Source: Balanoglossus misakiensis
Lineage: Eukaryota; Animalia; Hemichordata
Direction of reading: 5' to 3'
Assembly: GCA_040954595.2 (NCBI GenBank)
Contig: CM082588.2
Location: forward strand, 1,743,027-1,807,026
DNA: 64,000 nt
The notes under the pieces were generated by a model. The model did no database searches. It was given only the letters and a program-made list of their open reading frames with translations, and was not told the origin of the DNA. The translations under genes and the position numbers were made by a program. Of this stretch, positions 1 through 15,000 are shown in pieces. Numbering within the stretch: the stretch's first letter is position 1; each line of letters starts with the position of its first letter.

Positions 1-3000
1 CAATTTTCGACTTCGCGAAAATTTCAAAATATGGTGGTTTTTTCGACAAAAAACCATGGGTATAGCTCATAGAAAATCATCCAGAAATGTCAATTTTTCG
101 ACTTCGCGAAATTTCAAAATTTGGTGGTTTTTTCGACAAAAACCATGGTTATAGCTCATGAAAATCATCCAGAAATGTCAATTTTTCGACTTCGCGAAAT
201 TTCAAAATTTGGTGGTTTTTCGACAAAAACCATGGGTTATAGCTCATGAAAATCATCCAGAAATGTCAATTTTTCGACTTCGCGAAATTTCAAAATTTGG
301 TGGTTTTTCGACAAAAACCATGGGTTATAGCTCATGAAAATCATCCAGAAATGTCAATTTTTCGACTTCGCGAAATTTCAAAATTTGGTGGTTTTTCGAC
401 AAAAACCATGGGTTATAGCTCATGAAAATCATCCAGAAATGTCAATTTTTCGACTTCGCGAAATTTCAAAATTTGGTGTTTTTCGACAAAAACCATGGGT
501 TATAGCTCATGAAAATCATCCAGAAATGTCAATTTTTCGACTTCGCGAAATTTCAAAAATTTGGTGCTTTTTCGACAAAAACCATGGGTTATAGCTCATG
601 AAAATCATCCAGAAATGTCAATTTTTCGACTTCGCGAAATTTCAAAATTTGGTGCTTTTTCGACAAAAACCATGGCTATAGCTCATGAAAATCATCCAGA
701 AATGTCAATTTTTCGACTTCGCGAAATTTCAAAATTTGGTGCTTTTTCGACAAAAACCATGGGCTATAGCTCATGAAAATCATCCAGAAATGTCAATTTT
801 TCGACTTCGCGAAATTTCAAAATTTGGTGGTTTTTCGACAAAAACCATGGGCTATAGCTCATGAAAATCATCCAGAAATGTCAATTTTTCGACTTCGCGA
901 AATTTCAAAATTTGGTGCTTTTTCGACAAAAACCATGGGTTATAGCTCATGAAAATCATCCAGAAATGTCAATTTTTCGACTTCGCGAAATTTCAAAATT
1001 TGGTGCTTTTTCGACAAAAACCATGGGCTATAGCTCATGAAAATCATCCAGAAATGTCAATTTTTCGACTTCGCGAAATTTCAAAATTTGGTGCTTTTTC
1101 GACAAAAACCATGGGTTATAGCTCATGAAAATCATCCAGAAATGTCAATTTTTCGACTTCGCGAAATTTCAAAATTTTGGTGCTTTTTCGACAAAAACCA
1201 TGGGTTATAGCTCATGAAAATCATCCAGAAATGTCAATTTTCGACTTCGCGAAATTTCAAAATTTGGTGGTTTTTCGACAAAAACCATGGGCTATAGCTC
1301 ATGAAAATCATCCAGAAATGTCAATTTTTCGACTTCGCGAAATTTCAAAATTTGGTGGTTTTTCGACAAAAACCATGGGTTATAGCTCATGAAAATCATC
1401 CAGAAATGTCAATTTTCGACTTCGCGAAATTTCAAAATTTGGTGGTTTTTCGACAAAAACCATGGGTTATAGCTCATGAAAATCATCCAGAAATGTCAAT
1501 TTTTCGACTTCGCGAAATTTCAAAATTTGGTGGTTTTTCGACAAAAACCATGGGTTATAGCTCATGAAAATCATCCAGAAATGTCAATTTTTCCACTTCG
1601 CGAAATTTCAAAATTTGGTGGTTTTTCGACAAAAACCATGGGTTATAGCTCATGAAAATCATCCAGAAATGTCAATTTTTCGACTTCGCGAAATTTCAAA
1701 ATTTGGTGGTTTTTCGACAAAAACCATGGGTTATAGCTCATGAAAATCATCCAGAAATGTCAATTTTTCGACTTCGCGAAATTTCAAAATTTGGTGATTT
1801 TTCGATAAAAACCATGGGTTATAGCTCATGAAAATCATCCAGAAATGTCAATTTTTCGACTTCGCGAAATTTCAAAATTTGGTGCTTTTTCGACAAAAAC
1901 CATGGGTTATAGCTCATGAAAATCATCCAGAAATGTCAATTTTTCGACTTCGCGAAATTTCAAAATTTGGTGGTTTTTCGACAAAAACCATGGGCTATAG
2001 CTCATGAAAATCATCCAGAAATGTCAATTTTTCGACTTCGCGAAATTTCAAAATTTGGTGCTTTTTCGACAAAAACCATGGGCTATAGCTCATGAAAATC
2101 ATCCAGAAATGTCAATTTTTCGACTTCGCGAAATTTCAAAATTTGGTGGTTTTTCGACAAAAACCATGGGCTATAGCTCATGAAAATCATCCAGAAATGT
2201 CAATTTTTCGACTTCGCGAAATTTCAAAATTTGGTGATTTTTCGACAAAAACCATGGGTTATAGCTCATGAAAATCATCCAGAAATGTCAATTTTCGACT
2301 TCGCGAAATTTAAAAATTTGGTGGTTTTTCGACAAAAACCATGGGTTATAGCTCATGAAAATCATCCAGAAATGTCAATTTTTCGACTTCGCGAAATTTC
2401 AAAATTTGGTGATTTTTCGACAAAAACCATGGGTTATAGCTCATGAAAATCATCCAGAAATGTCAATTTTTCGACTTCGCGAAATTTCAAAATTTGGTGC
2501 TTTTTCGACAAAAAACATGGGTTATAGCTCATGAAAATCATCCAGAAATGTCAATTTTTCGACTTCGCGAAATTTCAAAATTTGGTGCTTTTTCGACAAA
2601 AACCATGGGTTATAGCTCATGAAAATCATCCAGAAATGTCAATTTTTCGACTTCGCGAAATTTCAAAATTTGGTGGTTTTTCGACAAAAACCATGGGTTA
2701 TAGCTCATGAAAATCATCCAGAAATGTCAATTTTTCGACTTCGCGAAATTTCAAAATTTGGTGGTTTTTCGACAAAACCATGGGTTATAGCTCATGAAAA
2801 TCATCCAGAAATGTCAATTTTTTCGACTTCGCGAAATTTCAAAATTTGGTGGTTTTTCGACAAAAACCATGGGTTATAGCTCATGAAAATCATCCAGAAA
2901 TGTCAATTTTTCGACTTCGCGAAATTTCAAAATTTGGTGGTTTTTCGACAAAAACCATGGGTTATAGCTCATGAAAATCATCCAAAAATGTCAATTTTTC

Positions 3001-6000
3001 GACTTCGCGAAATTTCAAAATTTGGTGGTTTTTCGACAAAAACCATGGGTTATAGCTCATGAAAATCATTCAGAAATGTCAATTTTTCCACTTCGCGAAA
3101 TTTCAAAATTTGGTGGTTTTTCGACAAAAACCATGGGTTATAGCTCATGAAAATCATCCAGAAATGTCAATTTTTCCACTTCGCGAAATTTCAAAATTTG
3201 GTGGTTTTTTGACAAAAACCATGGGTTATAGCTCATGAAAATCATCCAGAAATGTCAATTTTTCGACTTCGCGAAATTTCAAAATTTGGTGGTTTTTCGA
3301 CAAAAACCATGGGCTATAGCTCATGAAAATCATCCAGAAATGTCAATTTTTCGACTTCGCGAAATTTCAAAATTTGGTGGTTTTTCGACAAAAACCATGG
3401 GTATAGCTCATGAAAATCATCCAGAAATGTCAATTTTTCGACTTCGCGAAATTTCAAAATTTGGTGGTTTTTCGACAAAAACCATGGGTTATAGCTCATG
3501 AAAATCATCCAGAAATGTCAATTTTTCGACTTCGCGAAATTTCAAAATTTGGTGGTTTTTCGACAAAAACCATGGGTTATAGCTCATGAAAATCATCCAG
3601 AAATGTCAATTTTTCGACTTCGCGAAATTTCAAAATTTGGTGGTTTTTCGACAAAAACCATGGGTTATAGCTCATGAAAATCATCCAGAAATGTCAATTT
3701 TTCGACTTCGCGAAATTTCAAAATTTGGTGGTTTTTCGACAAAAACCATGGGTTATAGCTCATGAAAATCATCCAGAAATGTCAATTTTTCGACTTCGCG
3801 AAATTTCAAAATTTGGTGATTTTTCGATAAAAACCATGGGTTATAGCTCATGAAAATCATCCAGAAATGTCAATTTTTCGACTTCGCGAAATTTCAAAAT
3901 TTGGTGCTTTTTCGACAAAAACCATGGGTTATAGCTCATGAAAATCATCCAGAAATGTCAATTTTTCGACTTCGCGAAATTTCAAAATTTGGTGGTTTTT
4001 CGACAAAAACCATGGGCTATAGCTCATGAAAATCATCCAGAAATGTCAATTTTTCGACTTCGCAAAATTTCAAAATTTGGTGCTTTTTCGACAAAAACCA
4101 TGGGCTATAGCTCATGAAAATCATCCAGAAATGTCAATTTTTCGACTTCGCGAAATTTCAAAATTTGGTGGTTTTTCGACAAAAACCATGGGTTATAGCT
4201 CATGAAAATCATCCAGAAATGTCAATTTTTCGACTTCGCGAAATTTCAAAATTTGGTGATTTTTCGACAAAAACCATGGGTTATAGCTCATGAAAATCAT
4301 CCAGAAATGTCAATTTTTCGACTTCGCGAAATTTCAAAATTTGGTGGTTTTTCGACAAAAACCATGGGTTATAGCTCATGAAAATCATCCAGAAATGTCA
4401 ATTTTTCGACTTCGCGAAATTTCAAAATTTGGTGATTTTTCGACAAAAACCATGGGTTATAGCTCATGAAAATCATCCAGAAATGTCAATTTTTCGACTT
4501 CGCGAAATTTCAAAATTTGGTGCTTTTTCGACAAAAACATGGGTTATAGCTCATGAAAATCATCCAGAAATGTCAATTTTTCCGACTTCGCGAAATTTCA
4601 AAATTTGGTGCTTTTTCGACAAAAACCATGGGTTATAGCTCATGAAAATCATCCAGAAATGTCAATTTTTCGACTTCGCGAAATTTCAAAATTTGGTGGT
4701 TTTTCGACAAAAACCATGGGTTATAGCTCATGAAAATCATCCAGAAATGTCAATTTTTCGACTTCGCGAAATTTCAAAATTTGGTGGTTTTTCGACAAAA
4801 ACCATGGGTTATAGCTCATGAAAATCATCCAGAAATGTCAATTTTTCGACTTCGCGAAATTTCAAAATTTGGTGGTTTTTCGACAAAAACCATGGGTTAT
4901 AGCTCATGAAAATCATCCAGAAATGTCAATTTTTCGACTTCGCGAATTTCAAAATTTGGTGGTTTTTCGACAAAAACCATGGGTTATAGCTCATGAAAAT
5001 CATCCAAAAATGTCAATTTTTCGACTTCGCGAAATTTCAAAATTTGGTGGTTTTTCGACAAAAACCATGGGTTATAGCTCATGAAAATCATTCAGAAATG
5101 TCAATTTTTCCACTTCGCGAAATTTCAAAATTTGGTGGTTTTTCGACAAAAACCATGGGTTATAGCTCATGAAAATCATCCAGAAATGTCAATTTTTCCA
5201 CTTCGCGAAATTTCAAAATTTGGTGGTTTTTTGACAAAAACCATGGGTTATAGCTCATGAAAATCATCCAGAAATGTCAATTTTTCGACTTCGCGAAATT
5301 TCAAAATTTGGTGGTTTTTCGACAAAAACCATGGGCTATAGCTCATGAAAATCATCCAGAAATGTCAATTTTTCCACTTCGCGAAATTTCAAAATTTGGT
5401 GGTTTTTCGACAAAAACCATGGGTTATAGCTCATGAAAATCATCCAGAAATGTCAATTTTTCGACTTCGCGAAATTTCAAAATTTGGTGCTTTTTCGACA
5501 AAAACCATGGGTTATAGCTCATGAAAATCATCCAGAAATGTCAATTTTTCGACTTTGCGAAATTTCAAAATTTGGTGCTTTTTCGACAAAAACCATGGGC
5601 TATAGCTCATGAAAATCATCCAGAAATGTCAATTTTTCGACTTCGCGAAATTTCAAAATTTGGTGGTTTTTCGACAAAAACCATGGGTTATAGCTCATGA
5701 AAATCATCCAGAAATGTCAATTTTTCGACTTCGCGAAATTTCAAAATTTGGTGCTTTTTCGACAAAAACCATGGGTTATAGCTCTTGAAAATCATCCAGA
5801 AATGTCAATTTTTCGACTTCGCGAAATTTCAAAATTTGGTGGTTTTTCGACAAAAACCATGGGTTATAGCTCATGAAAATCATCCAGAAATGTCAATTTT
5901 TCGACTTCGCGAAATTTCAAAATTTGGTGGTTTTTCGACAAAAACCATGGGTTATAGCTCATGAAAATCATCCAGAAATGTCAATTTTTCGACTTCGCGA

Positions 6001-9000
6001 ATTTTCAAAATTTGGTGATTTTTCGATAAAAACCATGGGTTATAGCTCATGAAAATCATCCAGAAATGTCAATTTTTCGACTTCGCGAAATTTCAAAATT
6101 TGGTGCTTTTTCGACAAAAACCATGGGTTATAGCTCATGAAAATCATCCAGAAATGTCAATTTTTCGACTTCGCGAAATTTCAAAATCTGGTGGTTTTTC
6201 GACAAAAACCATGGGTTATAGCTCATGAAATCATCCAGAAATGTCAATTTTTCGACTTCGAGATATTTCAAAATTTGGTGGTTTTTCGACAAAAACCATG
6301 GGTTATAGCTCATGAAAATCATCCAGAAATGTCAATTTTTCGACTTCGCGAAATTTCAAAATTTGGTGATTTTCGACAAAAACCATGGGTTATAGCTCAT
6401 GAAAATCATCCAGAAATGTCAATTTTTCGACTTCGCGAAATTTCAAAATTTGGTGCTTTTTCGACAAAAACCATGGGCTATAGCTCATGAAAATCATCCA
6501 GAAATGTCAATTTTTCGACTTCGCGAAATTTCAAAATTTGGTGCTTTTTCGACAAAAACCATGGGTTATAGCTCATGAAAATCATCCAGAAATGTCAATT
6601 TTTCGACTTCGCGAAATTTCAAAATTTGGTGGTTTTTCGACAAAAACCATGGACTATAGCTCATGAAAATCATCCAGAAATGTCAATTTTTCGACTTCGC
6701 GAAATTTCAAAATTTGGTGGTTTTTCGACAAAAACCATGGGTTATAGCTCATGAAAATCATCCAGAAATGTCAATTTTTCGACTTCGCGAAATTTCAAAA
6801 TTTGGTGCTTTTTCGACAAAAACCATGGGCTATAGCTCATGAAAATCATCCAGAAATGTCAATTTTTCGACTTCGCGAAATTTCAAAATTTGGTGCTTTT
6901 TCGACAAAAACCATGGTTATAGCTCATGAAAATCATCCAGAAATGTCAATTTTTCGACTTCGCGAAATTTCAAAATTTGGTGATTTTTCGATAAAAACCA
7001 TGGGTTATAGCTCATGAAAATCATCCAGAAATGTCAATTTTTCGACTTCGCGAAATTTCAAAATTTGGTGATTTTTCGATAAAAACCATGGGTTATAGCT
7101 CATGAAAATCATCCAGAAATGTCAATTTTTCGACTTCGCGAAATTTCAAAATTTGGTGCTTTTTCGACAAAAACCATGGGTTATAGCTCATGAAAATCAT
7201 CCAGAAATGTCAATTTTTCGACTTCGCGAAATTTCAAAATTTGGTGCTTTTTCGACAAAAACCATGGGTTATAGCTCATGAAAATCATCCAGAAATGTCA
7301 ATTTTTCGACTTCGCGAAATTTCAAAATTTGGTGCTTTTTCGACAAAACCATGGGCTATAGCTCATGAAAATCATCCAGAAATGTCAATTTTTCGACTTC
7401 GCGAAATTTCAAAATTTGGTGCTTTTTCGACAAAAACCATGGGCTATAGCTCATGAAAATCATCCAGAAATGTCAATTTTTCGACTTCGCGAAATTTCAA
7501 AATTTGGTGCTTTTTCGACAAAAACCATGGGCTATAGCTCATGAAAATCATCCAGAAATGTCAATTTTTCGACTTCGCGAAATTTCAAAATTTGGTGGTT
7601 TTTCGACAAAAACCATGGGCTATAGCTCATGAAAATCATCCAGAAATGTCAATTTTTCGACTTCGCGAAATTTCAAAATTTTGGTGCTTTTTCGACAAAA
7701 ACCATGGGTTATAGCTCATGAAAATCATCCAGAAATGTCAATTTTTCGACTTCGCGAAATTTCAAAATTTGGTGATTTTTCGATAAAAACCATGGGTTAT
7801 AGCTCATGAAAATCATCCAGAAATGTCAATTTTTCGACTTCGCGAAATTTCAAAATTTGGTGCTTTTTCGACAAAAACCATGGGTTATAGCTCATGAAAA
7901 TCATCCAGAAATGTCAATTTTTCGACTTCGCGAAATTTCAAAATTTGGTGCTTTTTCGACAAAAACCATGGGCTATAGCTCATGAAAATCATCCAGAAAT
8001 GTCAATTTTTCGACTTCGCGAAATTTCAAAATTTGGTGCTTTTTCGACAAAAACCATGGGTTATAGCTCATGAAAATCATCCAGAAATGTCAATTTTTCG
8101 ACTTCGCGAAATTTCAAAATTTGGTGCTTTTTCGACAAAAACCATGGGTTATAGCTCATGAAAATCATCCAGAAATGTCAATTTTTTGACTTCGCGAAAT
8201 TTCAAAATTTGGTGCTTTTTCGACAAAAACCATGGGTTATAGCTCATGAAAATCATCCAGAAATGTCAATTTTTCGACTTCGCGAAATTTCAAAATTTGG
8301 TGATTTTTCGACAAAAACCATGGGTTATAGCTCATGAAAATCATCCAGAAATGTCAATTTTTCGACTTCGCGAAATTTCAAAATTTGGTGCTTTTTCGAC
8401 AAAAACCATGGGTTATAGCTCATGAAAATCATCCAGAAATGTCAATTTTTCGACTTCGCGAAATTTCAAAATTTGGTGCTTTTTCGACAAAAACCATGGG
8501 CTATAGCTCATGAAAATCATCCAGAAATGTCAATTTTTCGACTTCGCGAAATTTCAAAATTTGGTGCTTTTTCGACAAAAACCATGGGTTATAGCTCATG
8601 AAAATCATCCAGAAATGTCAATTTTTCGACTTCGCGAAATTTCAAAATTTGGTGGTTTTTCGACAAAAACCATGGGCTATAGCTCATGAAAATCATCCAG
8701 AAATGTCAATTTTTCGACTTCGCGAAATTTCAAAATTTGGTGGTTTTTCGACAAAAACCATGGGTTATAGCTCATGAAAATCATCCAGAAATGTCAATTT
8801 TTCGACTTCGCGAAATTTCAAAATTTGTGGTTTTTCGACAAAAACCATGGGTTATAGCTCATGAAAATCATCCAGAAATGTCAATTTTTCTTCTTCGCGA
8901 AATTTCAAAATTTGGTGTTCGACAAAAACCATGGGTTATAGCTCATGAAAATCATCCAGAAATGTCAATTTTTCGACTTCGCGAAATTTCAAAATTTGGT

Positions 9001-12000
9001 GGTTTTTCGACAAAAACCATGGTTATAGCTCATGAAAATCATCCAGAAATGTCAATTTTTCGACTTCGCGAAATTTCAAAATTTGGTGATTTTCGATAAA
9101 AACCATGGGTTATAGCTCATGAAAATCATCCAGAAATGTCAATTTTTCGACTTCGCGAAATTTCAAAATTTGGTGCTTTTTCGACAAAAACCATGGGCTA
9201 TAGCTCATGAAAATCATCCAGAAATGTCAATTTTTCGACTTCGCGAAATTTCAAAATTTGGTGCTTTTTCGACAAAAACCATGGGCTATAGCTCATGAAA
9301 ATCATCCAGAAATGTCAATTTTTCGACTTCGCGAAATTTCAAAATTTGGTGCTTTTTCGACAAAAACCATGGGCTATAGCTCATGAAAATCATCCAGAAA
9401 TGTCAATTTTTCGACTTCGCGAAATTTCAAAATTTGGTGGTTTTTCGACAAAAACCATGGGTTATAGCTCATAAAATCATGAAAATCATCCAGAAATGTC
9501 AATTTTTCGACTTCGCGAAATTTCAAAATTTGGTGATTTTTCGACAAAAACCATGGGTTATAGCTCATGAAAATCATCCAGAAATGTCAATTTTTCGACT
9601 TCGCGAAATTTCAAAATTTGGTGCTTTTTCGACAAAAACCATGGGTTATAGCTCATGAAAATCATCCAGAAATGTCAATTTTTCGACTTCGCGAAATTTC
9701 AAAATTTGGTGCTTTTTCGACAAAAACCATGGGCTATAGCTCATGAAATCATCCAGAAATGTCAATTTTTCGACTTCGCGAAATTTCAAATTTGGTGCTT
9801 TTTCGACAAAAACCATGGGTTATAGCTCATGAAAATCATCCAGAAATGTCAATTTTTCGACTTCGCGAAATTTCAAAATTTGGTGCTTTTTCGACAAAAA
9901 CCATGGGTTATAGCTCATGAAAATCATCCAGAAATGTCAATTTTTCGACTTCGCGAAATTTCAAAATTTGGTGGTTTTTCGACAAAAACCATGGGCTATA
10001 GCTCATGAAAATCATCCAGAAATGTCAATTTTTCGACTTCGCGAAATTTGAAAATTTGGTGGTTTTTCGACAAAAACCATGGGTTATAGCTCATGAAAAT
10101 CATCCAGAAATGTCAATTTTTCTACTTCGCGAAATTTCAAAATTTGGTGATTTTTCGACAAAAACCATGGGTTATAGCTCATGAAAATCATCCAGAAATG
10201 TCAATTTTTCGACTTCGCGAAATTTCAAAATTTGGTGCTTCTTCGACAAAAACCATGGGTTATAGCTCATGAAAATCATCCAGAAATGTCAATTTTTCGA
10301 CTTCGCGAAATTTCAAAATTTGGTGCTTTTTCGACAAAAACCATGGGCTATAGCTCATGAAAATCATCCAGAAATGTCAATTTTTCGACTTCGCGAAATT
10401 TCAAAATTTGGTGCTTTTTCGACAAAAACCATGGGTTATAGCTCATGAAAATCATCCAGAAATGTCAATTTTTCGACTTCGCGAAATTTCAAAATTTGGT
10501 GGTTTTTCGACAAAAACCATGGGCTATAGCTCATGAAAATCATCCAGAAATGTCAATTTTTCGACTTCGCGAAATTTCAAAATTTGGTGGTTTTTCGACA
10601 AAAACCATGGGTTATAGCTCATGAAAATCATCCAGAAATGTCAATTTTTCGACTTCGCGAAATTTCAAAATTTGGTGGTTTTTCGACAAAAACCATGGGT
10701 TATAGCTCATGAAAATCATCCAGAAATGTCAATTTTTCGACTTCGCGAAATTTCAAAATTTGGTGGTTTTTCGACAAAAACCATGGGTTATAGCTCATGA
10801 AAATCATCCAGAAATGTCAATTTTTCGACTTCGCGAAATTTCAAAATTTGGTGCTTTTTCGACAAAAACCATGGGTTATAGCTCATGAAAATCATCCAGA
10901 AATGTCAATTTTTCGACTTCGCGAAATTTCAAAATTTGGTGGTTTTTCGACAAAAACCATGGGCTATAGCTCATGAAAATCATCCAGAAATGTCAATTTT
11001 TCGACTTCGCGAAATTTCAAAATTTGGTGGTTTTTCGACAAAAACCATGGGCTATAGCTCATGAAAATCATCCAGAAATGTCAATTTTTCGACTTCGCGA
11101 AATTTCAAAATTTGGTGGTTTTTCGACAAAAACCATGGGTTATAGCTCATGAAAATCATCCAGAAATGTCAATTTTTCGACTTCGCGAAATTTGAAAATT
11201 TGGTGATTTTTCGACAAAAACCATGGGTTATAGCTCATGAAAATCATCCAGAAATGTCAATTTTTCGACTTCGCGAAATTTCAAAATTAGGTGGTTTTTC
11301 GACAAAAACCATGGGCTATAGCTCATGAAAATCATCCAGAAATGTCAATTTTTCGACTTCGCGAAATTTCAAAATTTGGTGGTTTTTCGACAAAAACCAT
11401 GGGCTATAGCTCATGAAAATCATCCAGAAATGTCAATTTTTCGACTTCGCGAAATTTCAAAATTTGGTGGTTTTTCGACAAAAACCATGGGTTATAGCTC
11501 ATGAAAATCATCCAGAAATGTCAATTTTTCGACTTCGCGAAATTTCAAAATTTGGTGGTTTTTCGACAAAAACCATGGGCTATCGCTCATGAAAATCATC
11601 CAGAAATGTCAATTTTTCGACTTCGCGAAATTTCAAAATGTGGTGGTTTTTCGACAAAAACCATGGGTTATAGCTCATGAAAATCATCCAGAAATGTCAA
11701 TTTTTCGACTTCGCGAAATTTCAAAATCTGGTGGTTTTTCGACAAAAACCATGGGTTATAGCTCATGAAAATCATCCAGAAATGTCAATTTTTCGACTTC
11801 GCGAAATTTCAAAATTTGGTGGTTTTTCGACAAAAACCATGGGTTATAGCTCATGAAAATCATCCAGAAATGTCAATTTTTCGACTTCGCGAAATTTCAA
11901 AATTTTGTGGTTTTTCGACAAAAACCATGGGTTATAGCTCATGAAAATCATCCAGAAATGTCAATTTTTCGACTTCGCGAAATTTCAAAATTTGGTGGTT

Positions 12001-15000
12001 TTTCGACAAAAACCATGGGTTATAGCTCATGAAAATCATCCAGAAATGTCGATTTTTCGACTTCGCGAAATTTCAAAATTTGGTGGTTTTTCGACAAAAA
12101 CCATGGGTTATAGCTCATGAAAATCATCCAGAAATGTCGATTTTTCGACTTCGCGAAATTTCAAAATTTGGTGGTTTTTCGACAAAAACCATGGGTTATA
12201 GCTCATGAAAATCATCCAGAAATGTCGATTTTTCGACTTCGCGAAATTTCAAAATTTGGTGGTTTTTGGATAAAAACCATGGGTTATAGCTCATGAAAAT
12301 CATCCAGAAATGTCGATTTTTCGACTTCGCGAAATTTCAAAATTTGGTGGTTTTTGGATAAAAACCATGGGTTATAGCTCATGAAAATCATCCAGAAATG
12401 TCGATTTTTCGACTTCGCGAAATTTCAAAATTTGGTGGTTTTTGGATAAAAACCATGGGTTATAGCTCATGAAAATCATCCAGAAATGTCGATTTTTCGA
12501 CTTCGCGAAATTTCAAAATTTGGTGGTTTTTGGATAAAAACCATGGGTTATAGCTCATGAAAATCATCCAGAAATGTCGATTTTTCGACTTCGCGAAATT
12601 TCAAAATTTGGTGGTTTTTGGATAAAAACCATGGATTATAGCTCATGAAAATCATCCAGAAATGTCGATTTTTCGACTTCGCGAAATTTCAAAATTTGGT
12701 GGTTTTTGGATAAAAACCATGGGTTATAGCTCATGAAAATCATCCAGAAATGTCGATTTTTCGACTTCGCGAAATTTCAAAATTTGGTGGTTTTTGGATA
12801 AAAACCATGGGTTATAGCTCATGAAAATCATCCAGAAATGTCGATTTTTCGACTTCGCGAAATTTCAAAATTTGGTGGTTTTTGGATAAAAAACATGGGT
12901 TATAGCTCATGAAAATCATCCAGAAATGTCGATTTTTCGACTTAGCGAAATTTCAAAATTTGGTGCTTTTTCGACAAAAACCATGGGCTATAGCTCATGA
13001 AAATCATCCAGAAATGTCAATTTTTCGACTTCGCGAAATTTCAAAATTTGGTGCTTTTTCGACAAAAACCATGGGCTATAGCTCATGAAAATCATCCAGA
13101 AATGTCAATTTTTCGACTTCGCGAAATTTCAAAATTTGGTGGTTTTTCGACAAAAACCATGGGTTATAGATCATGAAAATCATCCAGAAATGTCAATTTT
13201 TCGACTTCGCGAAATTTCAAAATTTGGTGATTTTTCGATAAAAACCATGGGCTATAGCTCATGAAAATCATCCAGAAATGTCAATTTTTCGACTTCGCGA
13301 AATTTCAAAATTTGGTGCTTTTTCGACAAAAACCATGGGTTATAGCTCATGAAAATCATCCAGAAATGTCAATTTTTTGACTTCGCGAAATTTCAAAATT
13401 TGGTGCTTTTTCGACAAAAACCATGGGTTATAGCTCATGAAAATCATCCAGAAATGTCAATTTTTCGACTTCGCGAAATTTCAAAATTTGGTGGTTTTTC
13501 GACAAAAACCATGGGCTATAGCTCATGAAAATCATCCAGAAATGTCAATTTTTCGACTTCGCGAAATTTCAAAATTTGGTGGTTTTTCGACAAAAACCAT
13601 GGGCTATAGCTCATGAAAATCATCCAGAAATGTCAATTTTTCGACTTCGCGAAATTTCAAAATTTGGTGGTTTTTCGACAAAAACCATGGGTTATAGCTC
13701 ATGAAAATCATCCAGAAATGTCAATTTTTCGACTTCGCGAAATTTGAAAATTTGGTGGTTTTTCGACAAAAACCATGGGTTATAGCTCATGAAAATCATC
13801 CAGAAATGTCAATTTTTCGACTTCGCGAAATTTCAAAATTTGGTGGTTTTTCGACAAAAACCATGGGCTATAGCTCATGAAAATCATCCAGAAATGTCAA
13901 TTTTTCGACTTCGCGAAATTTCAAAATTTGGTGCTTTTTCGACAAAAACCATGGGCTATAGCTCATGAAAATCATCCAGAAATGTCAATTTTTCGACTTC
14001 GCGAAATTTCAAAATTTGGTGGTTTTTCGACAAAAACCATGGGCTATAGCTCATGAAAATCATCCAGAAATGTCAATTTTTCGACTTCGCGAAATTTCAA
14101 AATTTGGTGGTTTTTCGACAAAACCATGGGTTATAGCTCATGAAAATCATCCAGAAATGTCAATTTTTCGACTTCGCGAAATTTCAAAATTTGGTGGTTT
14201 TTCGACAAAAACCATGGGTTATAGCTCATGAAAATCATCCAGAAATGTCAATTTTTCGACTTCGCGAAATTTCAAAATTTGGTGGTTTTTCGACAAAAAC
14301 CATGGGTTATAGCTCATGAAAATCATCCAGAAATGTCAATTTTTCGACTTCGCGAAATTTCAAAATTTGGTGGTTTTTCGACAAAAACCATAGGTTATAG
14401 CTCATGAAAATCATCCAGAAATGTCAATTTTTCGACTTCGCGAAATTTCAAAATTTGGTGGTTTTTCGACAAAAACCATAGGTTATAGCTCATGAAAATC
14501 ATCCAGAAATGTCAATTTTTCGACTTCGCGAAATTTCAAAATTTGGTGGTTTTTCGACAAAAACCATGGGTTATAGCTCATGAAAATCATCCAGAAATGT
14601 CAATTTTTCGACTTCGCGAAATTTCAAAATTTTGTGGTTTTTCGACAAAAACCATGGGCTATAGCTCATGAAAATCATCCAGAAATGTCAATTTTTCGAC
14701 TTCGCGAAATTTCAAAATTTGGTGGTTTTTCGACAAAAACCATGGGTTATAGCTCATGAAAATCATCCAGAAATGTCAATTTTTCGACTTCGCGAAATTT
14801 CAAAATTTGGTGGTTTTTCGACAAAAACCATGGGTTATAGCTCATGAAAATCATCCAGAAATGTCAATTTTTCGACTTCGCGAAATTTCAAAATTTGGTG
14901 GTTTTTCGACAAAAACCATGGGTTATAGCTCATGAAAATCATCCAGAAATGTCAATTTTTCGACCTCGCGAAATTTCAAAATTGGGGGGTTTTTGGATAA

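Noticed and set aside
219-236. CENP-B box in the monomer (TTCGACAAAAACCATGGG)
   Set aside because: It matches TTCG-N4-A but lacks the required CGGG at the correct spacing.
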